Origin: a virus
Taxonomy: Duplodnaviria; Caudoviricetes
Reading direction: 5' to 3' (one strand)
DNA length: 64,000 nt
IMG/VR virus record: IMGVR_UViG_3300021431_000102
Span: 1 to 64,000 of that record
Positions 17,756 to 27,241 of the stretch are shown here, piece after piece. How positions within the stretch are numbered: position 1 is the stretch's first letter; each line of letters begins with the position of its first letter. Below the pieces are notes generated by a model that was not told the origin of the DNA, did not search any database, and saw only the letters and a list, made by a program, of their open reading frames with translations. Made by a program: the position numbers and the translations under genes.

Positions 17756-18917
17756 TAATTTATATACTATTACTGTAGAAGAATTAAAAAATAAATATAA
17801 GGTAAAAGATATATGGAGTTATTCTAGGGTAAACTCCTTTGACCAAGACCCATATGAATGGTTTTTAAAATATATAAAGAAAGAACCATCTGATAAAAAG
17901 TTAGGAAATGCTTATGGTATTTATGGTAATATGGTACATGATATCATGGAAGACTTCTATAATGGCAAAATTAAAAGAGAAGATTGCAAAAAAGTTTTTG
18001 ATGATGAATGGAATAAGTTATCTTTATTAGGTTTAAAATTTAATAACACTGACGAAGAAAGCGAGAAGAAATTAAAGACAAAATATAAGAATGATTTGGA
18101 TAATTTCTTTGACACCTTCAGAGTGTTCAATGGTGAATGCAGTTGTGAAATACCAACGTCTGTAATTATAAAAAAGGGCAGAGGAAAAGAAATCTTTTTT
18201 GGTTATATTGACTTCCTTGAAAGATATGATGTCGAAGGTAAGACAAAGTATCATATCATCGACTACAAAACAAGTACAATGTATAAGGGAGCAGCTATTC
18301 AAGAACATGCCAGACAATTACTCTTGTATGCAATGGGTCTTAAACAGGAGATTAATTGTGATTATGAAGACATTGATGTTGGATGGAACTTTTTGAAATA
18401 TGTAACTGTTAAAGAAGTACAAAAAAATGGTAATATAAAAGAGCGTTACATTGAAAGATGTGAACTAATTACCAAACTACAAAACTCTATTAATAAGTGG
18501 TTAAAAGAGTTTGGGTATAATCCTACTGATTTTGAAATGGTTACATCTTTAGATGAACTGCCAAAAGAAGTAAGAGGAAAATTTGTTTTAGAAGATTGTA
18601 TTGTAAGAGTGCCATTTACAGAGGAAAGCGCAACAACATTACAGAAAGATTTATATTCTAAATGTCAACAGATTAAAAAGTTGGTAAAAGAGTATAATAA
18701 AACAAAGGATGATAGTCTGTTTATGTGGGAACCTACTCAGCAGGATGAATTTTGGTTGTATAATTTATGTAGTTATACTTCAAATCTTCATAAACCATTT
18801 GCAGAATATCTCCGAAAGAAAGAATTAATTGAGCAATATCAGAATAGTACCCCGTGGCTTGATGAAGCAGAGAAAAAAGACGAAGATATTCTCGGTGATT
18901 TCTTTAAAAATATATAA
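17748..18917 (+). CDS. PD-(D/E)XK nuclease (RecB/Cas4-like exonuclease)
   Basis: SYSRV..DPY, GNMVH, GYIDFL, IIDYKTS, QLLLYA. Confidence 0.85.
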   Translation: MADNLYTITVEELKNKYKVKDIWSYSRVNSFDQDPYEWFLKYIKKEPSDKKLGNAYGIYGNMVHDIMEDFYNGKIKREDCKKVFDDEWNKLSLLGLKFNNTDEESEKKLKTKYKNDLDNFFDTFRVFNGECSCEIPTSVIIKKGRGKEIFFGYIDFLERYDVEGKTKYHIIDYKTSTMYKGAAIQEHARQLLLYAMGLKQEINCDYEDIDVGWNFLKYVTVKEVQKNGNIKERYIERCELITKLQNSINKWLKEFGYNPTDFEMVTSLDELPKEVRGKFVLEDCIVRVPFTEESATTLQKDLYSKCQQIKKLVKEYNKTKDDSLFMWEPTQQDEFWLYNLCSYTSNLHKPFAEYLRKKELIEQYQNSTPWLDEAEKKDEDILGDFFKNI

Positions 18918-19010
18918 GGCATTTTAAGGCTTGTAGACAAACGTTTTATATGGTATGATTACTTAGTCAGACTAATAATAAACGTTTGTCTACGGGCATA
19001 TACGGGGCTT
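18915..19010. repeat. long inverted repeat element, copy B
   Basis: Perfect 14-bp stem 18933-18946/18980-18993 with internal TTAGTC-A-GACTAA palindrome. Confidence 0.75.
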
Positions 19011-19027
19011 GTAGAAAGGATTGAGGT

Positions 19028-22000
19028 ATGAATAATTATACAGTTTTACATTTGCATGATGATAGAAGTTTATTAGACAGCTGCACCAAGTTTTCTGACT
19101 ATATAAAGAGAGCAAAAGAACTGGGACAGCAAGCCATTGCTTTAACTAATCATGGAGTTATTTATAATTGGGTATCTAATAAAGAATTATGCGACAAAGA
19201 AGGCATAAAATATATTCATGGTGTAGAAGTATACATGACAGAGGCATTAGAGCCACAAATACGTGATAATTATCATACTATTTTGCTTGCAAAAAACTTA
19301 GCAGGGGTTAAAGAAATCAATAAATTAGTTTCTTTAAGCAATAAGAAAGACCATTTCTATTATAAACCTCGTATAACCTTTGAAGAGTTCTTTAATATTA
19401 GTGATAATGTAATTAAGTTAAGTGCATGTCTTGCTTCTCCTTTAAATTCTAAACATATTCAGAGTAATATGGAGTTATTCTTTAAATTAGTAAGACATTA
19501 TGACTATCTTGAAGTCCAACCACATAACTGTAAGGAACAAAAAGAATATAATCAGTTATTATATAAACTTTCTACTAAGTTTAATAAGCCATTAGTTGCA
19601 ACTACAGACACTCATTCTTTAAACAATTATAAAGCTGAGTGTAGAAGTATGTTACAGTTAAGTAAAGGCATAGAATTTCAAAATGAAGATACTTTTGACC
19701 TTACATATAAGTCATATTCTGAATTAATAGGTATGTTTAAGGAACAAAATGCTCTCCCAGAGGATGTTTTTCTAGAAGCAATAGAAAATACCAATGTAAT
19801 AGCTGCTTCAATAGAGGATTTTGAATTAGATAAGGCTGCTAAATATCCTATTCTTTATGACGATGATGAAAAAGTAATAAAAGAAAAGATATTTAACAAC
19901 TTTAAAAGCAAAATTAATACGGGGGAGATAAAACCTGAAGAGATTCCTCAGTTTAAAAAGAATATTGCAGAGGAATTTGACGTATTTAAGGCAACAAATA
20001 TGTTAGGTTTCATGTTATCTATGTCTGAATTGATTGAATGGTGTCATAACAACAATATTCCTACTGGTTTTGGGCGAGGAAGTGTATGTGGTAGCAGTAT
20101 AGCATACATATTAAATATTATTGATGTAAATCCAGTTAAATTTCATACAATATTTTCTCGTTTTTGTAACAAGAACAGAATAGAATTAGGAGATATTGAT
20201 GTGGATTTCCCTCCAGAAATGAGAGAAAAGGTATATGCCCACATATTTAATCAATTTGGACAGGATAAATGTGCTTATGTATTAGCATTGGGTACAATTA
20301 GTGACAAAGGATGCATTGATGATATTGGACGAGGGTTAAAAGACGAAAATGGTAATCGTATTTATAGCCTTAGCGAAATGGAAGAAGTTAAATCTTTATA
20401 TGATTCTAATCCTGTAGAGGCAAGAAAGAAATACGAAGACATCTTTTACTATTTTGATGGCATGCTCAATACATATGTAAGTTTGTCTATGCATCCAGCA
20501 GGTGTAATTATTTCTCCAGTAGAATTAGAGAGTGAATATGGCACTTTAATTAATAACGGCTTACAAATATTACAGTTAGACATGGAAGATAGTCATGATG
20601 TTAATTTAGTTAAGTATGATATCCTTGGATTGAAATCTATTTCTGTTATTAATGATGCATGTAATCTGGCAGGAATTAAATACCCTTTGTCTTATGAAAT
20701 AAACTGGGAAGATGAGAACGTTTATAATGAGATTAAACTTAGTCCAGTTGGTATATTCCAATATGAAAGTTCATTCGCATGGGATAGTGTAAAGAGATTT
20801 GACTGTCACAGTATATTTGATTTATCTTTAGTCAATGCTTGTATTAGACCAAGTGGAGAATCTTACAGAGATAAACTGCTTAATCATGTATCTCATAAAA
20901 ATCCTTCAAAAATTATTGATGATATGTTAAAAGATAATTTAGGATGGATGATTTATCAAGAAGATACTATTAAATTTTTACAAGAAATATGTGGTTTAAG
21001 TGGTTCAGATGCAGATTCAATTCGTAGAGCAATTGGTAAAAAAGATGCAGATTATATTAATAAAATGCTTCCAGTAATTCTTGACGGTTATTGTAAACAT
21101 TCAGATAAACCACGTTCTGAAGCAGAGCAAGAAGCAAAAGAGTTCATTCAGGTTATCCAAGATAGTTCATCTTATTCATTTGGTTATAACCATTCCATTG
21201 CTTATTCTATGATAGGATATTTATGTGGATGGTTAAGGCATTATTATCCTTATGAATTTATTGTTTCTTATTTAAATAATGCACAGAATCAGGATGATTT
21301 AAATAATGGAGCGTTGTTGATAAAACAAAAAGGTATGACATTAGCACCTGCTCAGTTTAGACATTCTCAGTTTGGATATTATTTTGATAAACAGACAAAG
21401 ACTATTTATAAGGGTATGGGCTCTATCAAATTCCTTAACAAAGAATGTGCAGATGAATTGTTTGAAATAGGTAAAACATTTAATGGCTCTTTCTTAGACT
21501 TATTATGTGCTTTAACTAAAGCCAACACCAAACAGATTAAAGTATTAATAATGTTAGGTTATTTTAAAGAGTTTGGCAAGACATATAAACTTCTTAATTA
21601 CTACAATCAATACCTTGCCTTATGGGGTAAAAAACAATTTAAAAAGAATTTCTTAATTAAAAATGAAGATACATTTGTAAGTGGTTTAAGAAGTGATAAA
21701 ACAAATATAAAGATAGAATATGTTATTAATACAGAGGATTTAGCACCATATTGTAGTAAAGAAACAGATAAACAGTATTCACAATTTGATTATGAATCAT
21801 ATTTGAAAGATGTTTGGAACGATATTGAAGATAAAGATATCCCTCTTCAGAACATTCTAAAGGCTCAATTATATTTTGTAGGAACGTTATCATATATTAA
21901 TAAAAAATTAAATAGTATTTATATGGTAACAGAATATAAGACATATGGTGATGAAAATAAACCTTATCTTACTCTTTATGATTTAGGTTCTGGAGAAGAA

Positions 22001-22186
22001 ATCAAAACAAAAATTACTAATCAAACACTATGTGTAGTTAATCCTATTAATATATATTCTATTATTCGTGTAACTAGATGGAAAGAAGCATACAAAAAAA
22101 CAAAAGTGATAGAAAATGGCAAAACAAAATATGTTGAAACAGATGAAAAACAAAATATAATAGAAGATTATGAATTAATTATTTAA
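19028..22186 (+). CDS. dnaE: DNA polymerase III alpha subunit (DnaE type, family C)
   Basis: PHP domain LHLH..SLLDS, TNHG, GRGS, DIDVD, MIYQED, YSFGYNHS. Confidence 0.95.
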   Translation: MNNYTVLHLHDDRSLLDSCTKFSDYIKRAKELGQQAIALTNHGVIYNWVSNKELCDKEGIKYIHGVEVYMTEALEPQIRDNYHTILLAKNLAGVKEINKLVSLSNKKDHFYYKPRITFEEFFNISDNVIKLSACLASPLNSKHIQSNMELFFKLVRHYDYLEVQPHNCKEQKEYNQLLYKLSTKFNKPLVATTDTHSLNNYKAECRSMLQLSKGIEFQNEDTFDLTYKSYSELIGMFKEQNALPEDVFLEAIENTNVIAASIEDFELDKAAKYPILYDDDEKVIKEKIFNNFKSKINTGEIKPEEIPQFKKNIAEEFDVFKATNMLGFMLSMSELIEWCHNNNIPTGFGRGSVCGSSIAYILNIIDVNPVKFHTIFSRFCNKNRIELGDIDVDFPPEMREKVYAHIFNQFGQDKCAYVLALGTISDKGCIDDIGRGLKDENGNRIYSLSEMEEVKSLYDSNPVEARKKYEDIFYYFDGMLNTYVSLSMHPAGVIISPVELESEYGTLINNGLQILQLDMEDSHDVNLVKYDILGLKSISVINDACNLAGIKYPLSYEINWEDENVYNEIKLSPVGIFQYESSFAWDSVKRFDCHSIFDLSLVNACIRPSGESYRDKLLNHVSHKNPSKIIDDMLKDNLGWMIYQEDTIKFLQEICGLSGSDADSIRRAIGKKDADYINKMLPVILDGYCKHSDKPRSEAEQEAKEFIQVIQDSSSYSFGYNHSIAYSMIGYLCGWLRHYYPYEFIVSYLNNAQNQDDLNNGALLIKQKGMTLAPAQFRHSQFGYYFDKQTKTIYKGMGSIKFLNKECADELFEIGKTFNGSFLDLLCALTKANTKQIKVLIMLGYFKEFGKTYKLLNYYNQYLALWGKKQFKKNFLIKNEDTFVSGLRSDKTNIKIEYVINTEDLAPYCSKETDKQYSQFDYESYLKDVWNDIEDKDIPLQNILKAQLYFVGTLSYINKKLNSIYMVTEYKTYGDENKPYLTLYDLGSGEEIKTKITNQTLCVVNPINIYSIIRVTRWKEAYKKTKVIENGKTKYVETDEKQNIIEDYELII

Positions 22187-22193
22187 AAAACAC

Positions 22194-22222
22194 TTGACAA
22201 AAAATAAAAACGATGCTATAAT
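22194..22222 (+). promoter_or_regulatory. sigmaA promoter
   Basis: TTGACA-17-TATAAT, TGn. Confidence 0.85.
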
Positions 22223-22249
22223 GCAAGAGTATTAAGGAGGAAGTTAGAA

Positions 22250-22780
22250 ATGAATAGAGAAAAATTATTAGAAGAGAATATGAAATTAGTTCCACACGTT
22301 GTGCATAACGTGTTAAAAATTCCAACAACGGAATTTGATTATGAAGACATCTTACAGGAAGGATATATTGGATTGTGGAAACGGACAAAAAACTTTTCTG
22401 AAGATAATGATGCAAAATTTTCAACTTATGCTTGTACATGCATTAGAAATCGTGTTATAAATTATTTAAACAAACCTAGAAGAACTTTTTACAGAGGAAT
22501 ATATATGGGAGGTGTTTCTCTTGATAACACATTAGATGACTCAACAGAAAACACTTTCCATAATGTTATAGGTAGCGAAGAATCTGACACCGCAGGATAT
22601 GTAACATTAAAAAATGTTTTAGATTCATTAGATAAAGATGATGTAATGGTTAAAACATTAATGTTACATATGCAAGGATATAGTAATTTAGAAATATGTG
22701 ATATTATTGGATGCGCAAAGCCTACTGTAAAAATTTATCTAGACCAAATAAGGGAATACATCAAGTATCAACTTGGTTAG
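22250..22780 (+). CDS. phage-encoded sigma70-family RNA polymerase sigma factor
   Basis: Region 2 EDILQEGYIGLWK..AKFSTYA..CIRN; region 4 HTH GYSNLEICDIIGCAKPTV. Confidence 0.85.
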   Translation: MNREKLLEENMKLVPHVVHNVLKIPTTEFDYEDILQEGYIGLWKRTKNFSEDNDAKFSTYACTCIRNRVINYLNKPRRTFYRGIYMGGVSLDNTLDDSTENTFHNVIGSEESDTAGYVTLKNVLDSLDKDDVMVKTLMLHMQGYSNLEICDIIGCAKPTVKIYLDQIREYIKYQLG

Positions 22781-22790
22781 AAGGAGCAAT

Positions 22791-25022
22791 ATGAAAGATA
22801 TAAAAGTAAAAAAGCGTAATGGAAAGCTGCAAGATTTTAATTCTGAAAAAATTTATGCTGCTATTATGGGAGCTGTAAACGATGTTGGCAGACCTATTAA
22901 CGAAGACATTATAAAAAGAATTGTAAAAGATATTGTTGAATATGTAAATACCCTTGATAAAGAGTTTATTACGATTGAAGAGATTCAAGATTTAGTAGAA
23001 AATAAATTAATGAATAGTTCTCTAAAAGATATTGCTAGACAATATATTAGATACAGATATAAAAGAGAATTATTAAGGAAACAAAACACAACTGACGAAA
23101 GTATTATTGAATTATTAGCAGGTAATAATGATTATTGGAACAGAGAAAACTCTAATAAAAATGCTAAACTAACAACTACTGTTCGTGACTATGTTGCTGG
23201 TATTACTTCAACAGATATTGCTAGAAGAGTTTTATTACCAAAAGATGTTGTTGAAGCACATGATGCTGGAATAATTCATATCCATGACATGGATTATATT
23301 TTAACACCAAGAAACAATTGTTGTCTTGTTAACTTAGAGGACATGTTAAATAATGGTACAGTAATTAACGGCATTAAAATTGAATCACCTCATAGATTCA
23401 TTACAGCAAGTACTATTGCTACACAGATAATTACTGCTGTAAGTTCAAGCCAATATGGTGGTGTTACTGTAAGCATGACGCATCTTGCTCCTTTTGTAAG
23501 AAAATCTTATAATAAATATTTAAAAGAATATTTAGAAAGAGGATTAGAGCAGAAACAAGCAGAAGATTTTGCTAGATTAGACACTGTTAGAGAGGTTAAG
23601 GATGGCGTTCAGACATTTAATTATCAGGTAAATAGTATGTCAAGTACTAATGGACAGGCTCCATTTATTACCGTTAATTTAGATATTTCAGAAACAAAAG
23701 AATATAAACAAGAATTAGCAATGATTATAAAAGAATTCTTTAATCAAAGAATTGAAGGCATGAAAAATGAACAGGGCGTCCCTGTAACAATTGCTTTCCC
23801 AAAATTAGTTTATGTCCTTTCAGAAGAAAATGCTGTTGAAGGTTCTGAATATTGGTGGTTAACTAAGTTAGCAGCCAAGTGTACTGCTAAGAGAATGGTT
23901 CCAGACTATGTATCTAAGAAAAAGATGCAGGAATATAAGATTAATAGGTTTGGTAATGGTGATTGCTATCCTCCTATGGGATGTAGAAGTTTCTTAACGC
24001 CGTACAGAACGAAGGGCAATATTGCCAAAGCTTTAAACTATAAAGAAGATGAACCTAAATATTATGGCAGATTTAACAATGGTGTAGTTACTATTTCATT
24101 ACCAGATTTAGCACTTAGTTCAGGTGGAGATTTTGATAAATTCTGGGAATTATTTGAAGAAAGAACAGAATTATGTCATAAAGTATTGAAATACAGACTG
24201 GATTCTTTGAAGAATTTAAGTCCTGAAGTAGCTCCTATTCTATGGAAGTATGGAGCATTTGCAAGACTTAACTCTGATGATTCTATTGAACCATTATTAC
24301 ATGATGGGTATTCTACAATATCATTAGGTTATGCTGGTTTATATGAGTGTGTAAAATATATGACAGGCAAATCTCATACAGATGAAGCAGAAGGCGAAGC
24401 ATTTGGACTGAAAGTCATGCAGGCTTTAAATGACAAATGTGCTCAGTGGAAAGCTGCTGAAGATGTTGATTATTCTGTATATGGAACACCAATTGAAACA
24501 ACTACATATAAGTTTGCTACTTGCCTTAAGAAAAGATTTGGAAAAGATGTTTTCAAAAAGATTGACGGCACTGATACAGATAGAGACTTTATTACAAATA
24601 GTTATCATGTCTTTGTTGAAGAGCCTATTGACCCATTTGAAAAGATTAGATTAGAAGCAAAGTTCCAAAGATTAAGCCCGGGTGGTGCAATTAGTTATAT
24701 AGAAACATCAGATTTAACTAACAATGTAGATGCAGTATTAGAAGTTATTAAGTTTATATATGATAATATTGTTTATGCTGAATTAAATACTAAATCAGAT
24801 TATTGTCAAGTCTGTGGATATGACCATGAAATAAAGATTATTGAAGATGGTAAGGGTAATTTAATTTATGAATGCCCGAACTGTGGCAATAGAGACCATA
24901 ATAAAATGAATGTAGCAAGAAGAGTCTGTGGATATATCAGCACGACTATGCCAAATAATGGAAGAATGGACGAATTTCGAAACAGGTATGTGCATTTAGA
25001 CAACCATGAATTAAAGGAGTAA
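22791..25022 (+). CDS. nrdD: anaerobic ribonucleoside-triphosphate reductase with ATP cone
   Basis: VKKRNG ATP cone, MGCRSFL, CQVC/CPNC, RRVCGYI glycyl-radical motif. Confidence 0.95.
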   Translation: MKDIKVKKRNGKLQDFNSEKIYAAIMGAVNDVGRPINEDIIKRIVKDIVEYVNTLDKEFITIEEIQDLVENKLMNSSLKDIARQYIRYRYKRELLRKQNTTDESIIELLAGNNDYWNRENSNKNAKLTTTVRDYVAGITSTDIARRVLLPKDVVEAHDAGIIHIHDMDYILTPRNNCCLVNLEDMLNNGTVINGIKIESPHRFITASTIATQIITAVSSSQYGGVTVSMTHLAPFVRKSYNKYLKEYLERGLEQKQAEDFARLDTVREVKDGVQTFNYQVNSMSSTNGQAPFITVNLDISETKEYKQELAMIIKEFFNQRIEGMKNEQGVPVTIAFPKLVYVLSEENAVEGSEYWWLTKLAAKCTAKRMVPDYVSKKKMQEYKINRFGNGDCYPPMGCRSFLTPYRTKGNIAKALNYKEDEPKYYGRFNNGVVTISLPDLALSSGGDFDKFWELFEERTELCHKVLKYRLDSLKNLSPEVAPILWKYGAFARLNSDDSIEPLLHDGYSTISLGYAGLYECVKYMTGKSHTDEAEGEAFGLKVMQALNDKCAQWKAAEDVDYSVYGTPIETTTYKFATCLKKRFGKDVFKKIDGTDTDRDFITNSYHVFVEEPIDPFEKIRLEAKFQRLSPGGAISYIETSDLTNNVDAVLEVIKFIYDNIVYAELNTKSDYCQVCGYDHEIKIIEDGKGNLIYECPNCGNRDHNKMNVARRVCGYISTTMPNNGRMDEFRNRYVHLDNHELKE

Positions 25023-25025
25023 CTT

Positions 25026-25529
25026 ATGAGAATCGCAAACATTAGACGTATAGACATTACAAATGGCGAAGGTATTAGAGTATCTTTATTTACTCAAGGT
25101 TGTTCGTTACATTGTAAGGGGTGTTTCAACTATGATATTTGGGATTATAATGGCGGAGAATTGTGGACAGAAGAAACTAAACGTATGTTCTTGTCTTTAT
25201 GCGATAAGCCTGAGATAAAAGGAATATCTATCTTAGGTGGCGAACCACTGTCTAAAGAAAATTATGAAGACTTAAAAGATTTATTAATCACTTTTAAACA
25301 GGAATTTCCTAATAAAGATATCTGGTTATGGACAGGATATACAGTAGAAGAGTTAACCCCTGAACAAAAAGACATTGTTATGTTAGTTGATGTTCTAATT
25401 GATGGTAGATGGGTTCAGGAACTAGGAGATTTTAATTTAAAATTTAGAGGTTCTAGTAATCAAAGAGTAATTGATGTACAAAAATCTTTAAAAGAAAATA
25501 AAATTATTTTAAAAAATGTTGACTTTTAA
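25026..25529 (+). CDS. nrdG: anaerobic RNR activating enzyme (radical SAM)
   Basis: CSLHCKGC, LGGEP, RGSSNQR. Confidence 0.95.
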   Translation: MRIANIRRIDITNGEGIRVSLFTQGCSLHCKGCFNYDIWDYNGGELWTEETKRMFLSLCDKPEIKGISILGGEPLSKENYEDLKDLLITFKQEFPNKDIWLWTGYTVEELTPEQKDIVMLVDVLIDGRWVQELGDFNLKFRGSSNQRVIDVQKSLKENKIILKNVDF

Positions 25530-25547
25530 ACAAAAATAATGTATAAT
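25519..25547 (+). promoter_or_regulatory. sigmaA promoter driving the RNA/tRNA operon
   Basis: TTGACT-17-TATAAT. Confidence 0.8.
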
Positions 25548-25551
25548 ATAT

Positions 25552-25698
25552 ATGAAAGATGAGGAAGACGTTGTGAGGATTCTAAAACTTATCTTATCAA
25601 TAATTTCCGCTACATTATCCATTTTAAATCAAGATAGAAAGATAAAATTATATTGGTTATTGGTCGCTACATATTGGATAATTAATCGGTTCAACTAA
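25552..25698 (+). CDS. small hydrophobic peptide (41-48 aa)
   Basis: Open frame ..VRILKLILSIISATLSILNQDRKIKLYWLLVATYWIINRFN; GAGGA SD before an internal GTG. Confidence 0.45.
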   Translation: MKDEEDVVRILKLILSIISATLSILNQDRKIKLYWLLVATYWIINRFN

Positions 25699-25770
25699 GG
25701 TTACACACCGTTTCATATTAATGAGTAAATCCTTGAGGAATCTAAAAACGGTGTTTCTCTAAATCAATAA

Positions 25771-27241
25771 ATCTGCAATATGGACTATGACAGGTACCAA
25801 GTAAAAGTCATAGAGAAGTCCACTAGATTAGGAACTAGTCAGGCAACCAAGACGAAGAGCCTGAAAAAACATTACCTGAGAGTTGAGTAGCTACTTCTCC
25901 AAAGGCGACTATAAAGGATTAGACAGGCAGTCGACATAAGGGACTAAGCAGATTTAGATAATATTATTGAGGGTACAGGCATCGAGCCAACATTCAATTA
26001 GTTGCCAAGACCTTAAGAAATGTTAGAGGTCTGAAATCTCAAGATAAAACTGGTGGTGCAGCCTTGAGTAAGTAATGCGAAACGTGCCTTCTGGGGCTTG
26101 TAAAAAGCGAACCACTTACAGACTGAGGTGGTATATAAGAAGCAGTCATATCCCACCACCGCATACCTAACGCTCGTTGGGTGGATGTACTAGTTAAAGT
26201 GCGGAAACTCAAGGGATAGACTCCCTTCAAACAGAGGTTGAGCTCTGTAAAGTGTTGGTAGCCAAGCATTAAAAGGCGCTTAAGACAATAGTTGCTGCGT
26301 ACGTGGAACACTTGGAGGACGAACTCCTTGTATATCGGCTAAGCGTTGGGAAAAGGAACTGGAACGTAATCCTAGGCAAAAGGGTAGAGATATACATAAC
26401 TTGCCAATATAAATGTTGTGAAATCCACAGCAGATGCGTGTGATTGATTGATAGAAAGGAATGTAATGGCACAAATAAAAAATTATTCTGGTTATGAATT
26501 TTTTGAAGATGGACGAGTGTATTCTTATAAGGTTAAGCGTTTTTTAAAACCATCTTTAAACAAAGACGGATATTTGCAATTAGATTGCATAGATGATAAT
26601 GGAAATAGAAAAAGACACACTTTAAATAACTGGATATGTCGAGCATTTCATGGAGACCCTCCATTTGAGGGGGCAGAATCACTTCATTTAGATGAAAATC
26701 CATTAAATTGTCATAGTAATAATTTAATATGGGGTAATCATAAAGAAAATATCAATTATGGTTCAAGAACTACTAAAAATGCTATTTCTCATTATAAACA
26801 AGTCCAGCAATATGATTTAAAGAATACCTTATTAAATACATACACTTCTATTAAAGAAGCTAGCAACGCTACTAAAATTTCTTATACTGGCATTATTAAA
26901 GCCGCACAAGGGAAAATTCAAACATCAGGAAATTATATTTGGCGTTATACAAACTAATACTATTGAAACTGCACACCCAACACTAATTCGTTTGGTAGAG
27001 TACGAGAATAACTACCCAAGAAGGGTTCACGATGGTACCTTGCTTCACAACCTAGAGCAGTAAAGAAATGCAACTATAGAGCAGAGTAAAGAGACTAAAG
27101 GTAAATCGTTGTAAAAATGGTGATGTCAGTTTGAACGGGACTGGGACAAAAACGTTCCTTGCTGGGTTAGGCTAGTGATACCCAACGAAATCCTAGTATT
27201 TGGCTTATATACTTGAGAAAGTAGTGACTAGCATTGCAGAT
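25771..27241 (+). ncRNA. giant structured ncRNA, probably ROOL class, interrupted by an HNH ORF
   Basis: GC-rich, dense in hairpins; ATCTGCAAT (25771-79) pairs perfectly with ATTGCAGAT (27233-41); the 5' block GCAATATGG-CTATGA..GTAAAAGTCATAGA..TAGTCAG-CAAC..CGAAGAG-CTGAAAAAACATT resembles ROOL as I recall it; sits upstream of tRNAs in a phage. Structured RNA is well supported, the family name less so. Confidence 0.7.
26466..26957 (+). mobile_element. HNH homing endonuclease (NUMOD4-HNH-NUMOD1 type, I-HmuI-like), 163 aa
   Basis: KNYSGYEFFEDGRVYS N-terminus; AFHG..HLDENPLNCHSNNLIWGNHKEN HNH core; VQQYDL..YTSIKEA..GNYIWRY C-terminus; AGAAAGGA SD. Confidence 0.85.

Noticed and set aside
17748-18917. 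CRISPR-Cas (Cas4)
   Set aside because: Stand-alone RecB-like nuclease in a replication operon; no cas genes and no repeat-spacer array anywhere in the window.
26039-26474. ORFs 26039-26311, 26269-26472, 26280-26474
   Set aside because: No SD, atypical composition; they overlap the structured RNA and are chance ORFs from the higher GC.
26466-26957. HEARO/IscB or TnpB RNA-guided (OMEGA) system
   Set aside because: The protein is only 163 aa, with NUMOD4-HNH-NUMOD1 and no RuvC motifs, PLMP start or bridge helix.
25771-27241. Group I intron hosting the HNH
   Set aside because: No interrupted gene flanks it (nrdG and nrdD are complete). GAGACTA at ~27091 has no downstream TAGTC/AAGATATAGTCC partner for P7. 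Not fully excluded without a covariance search.
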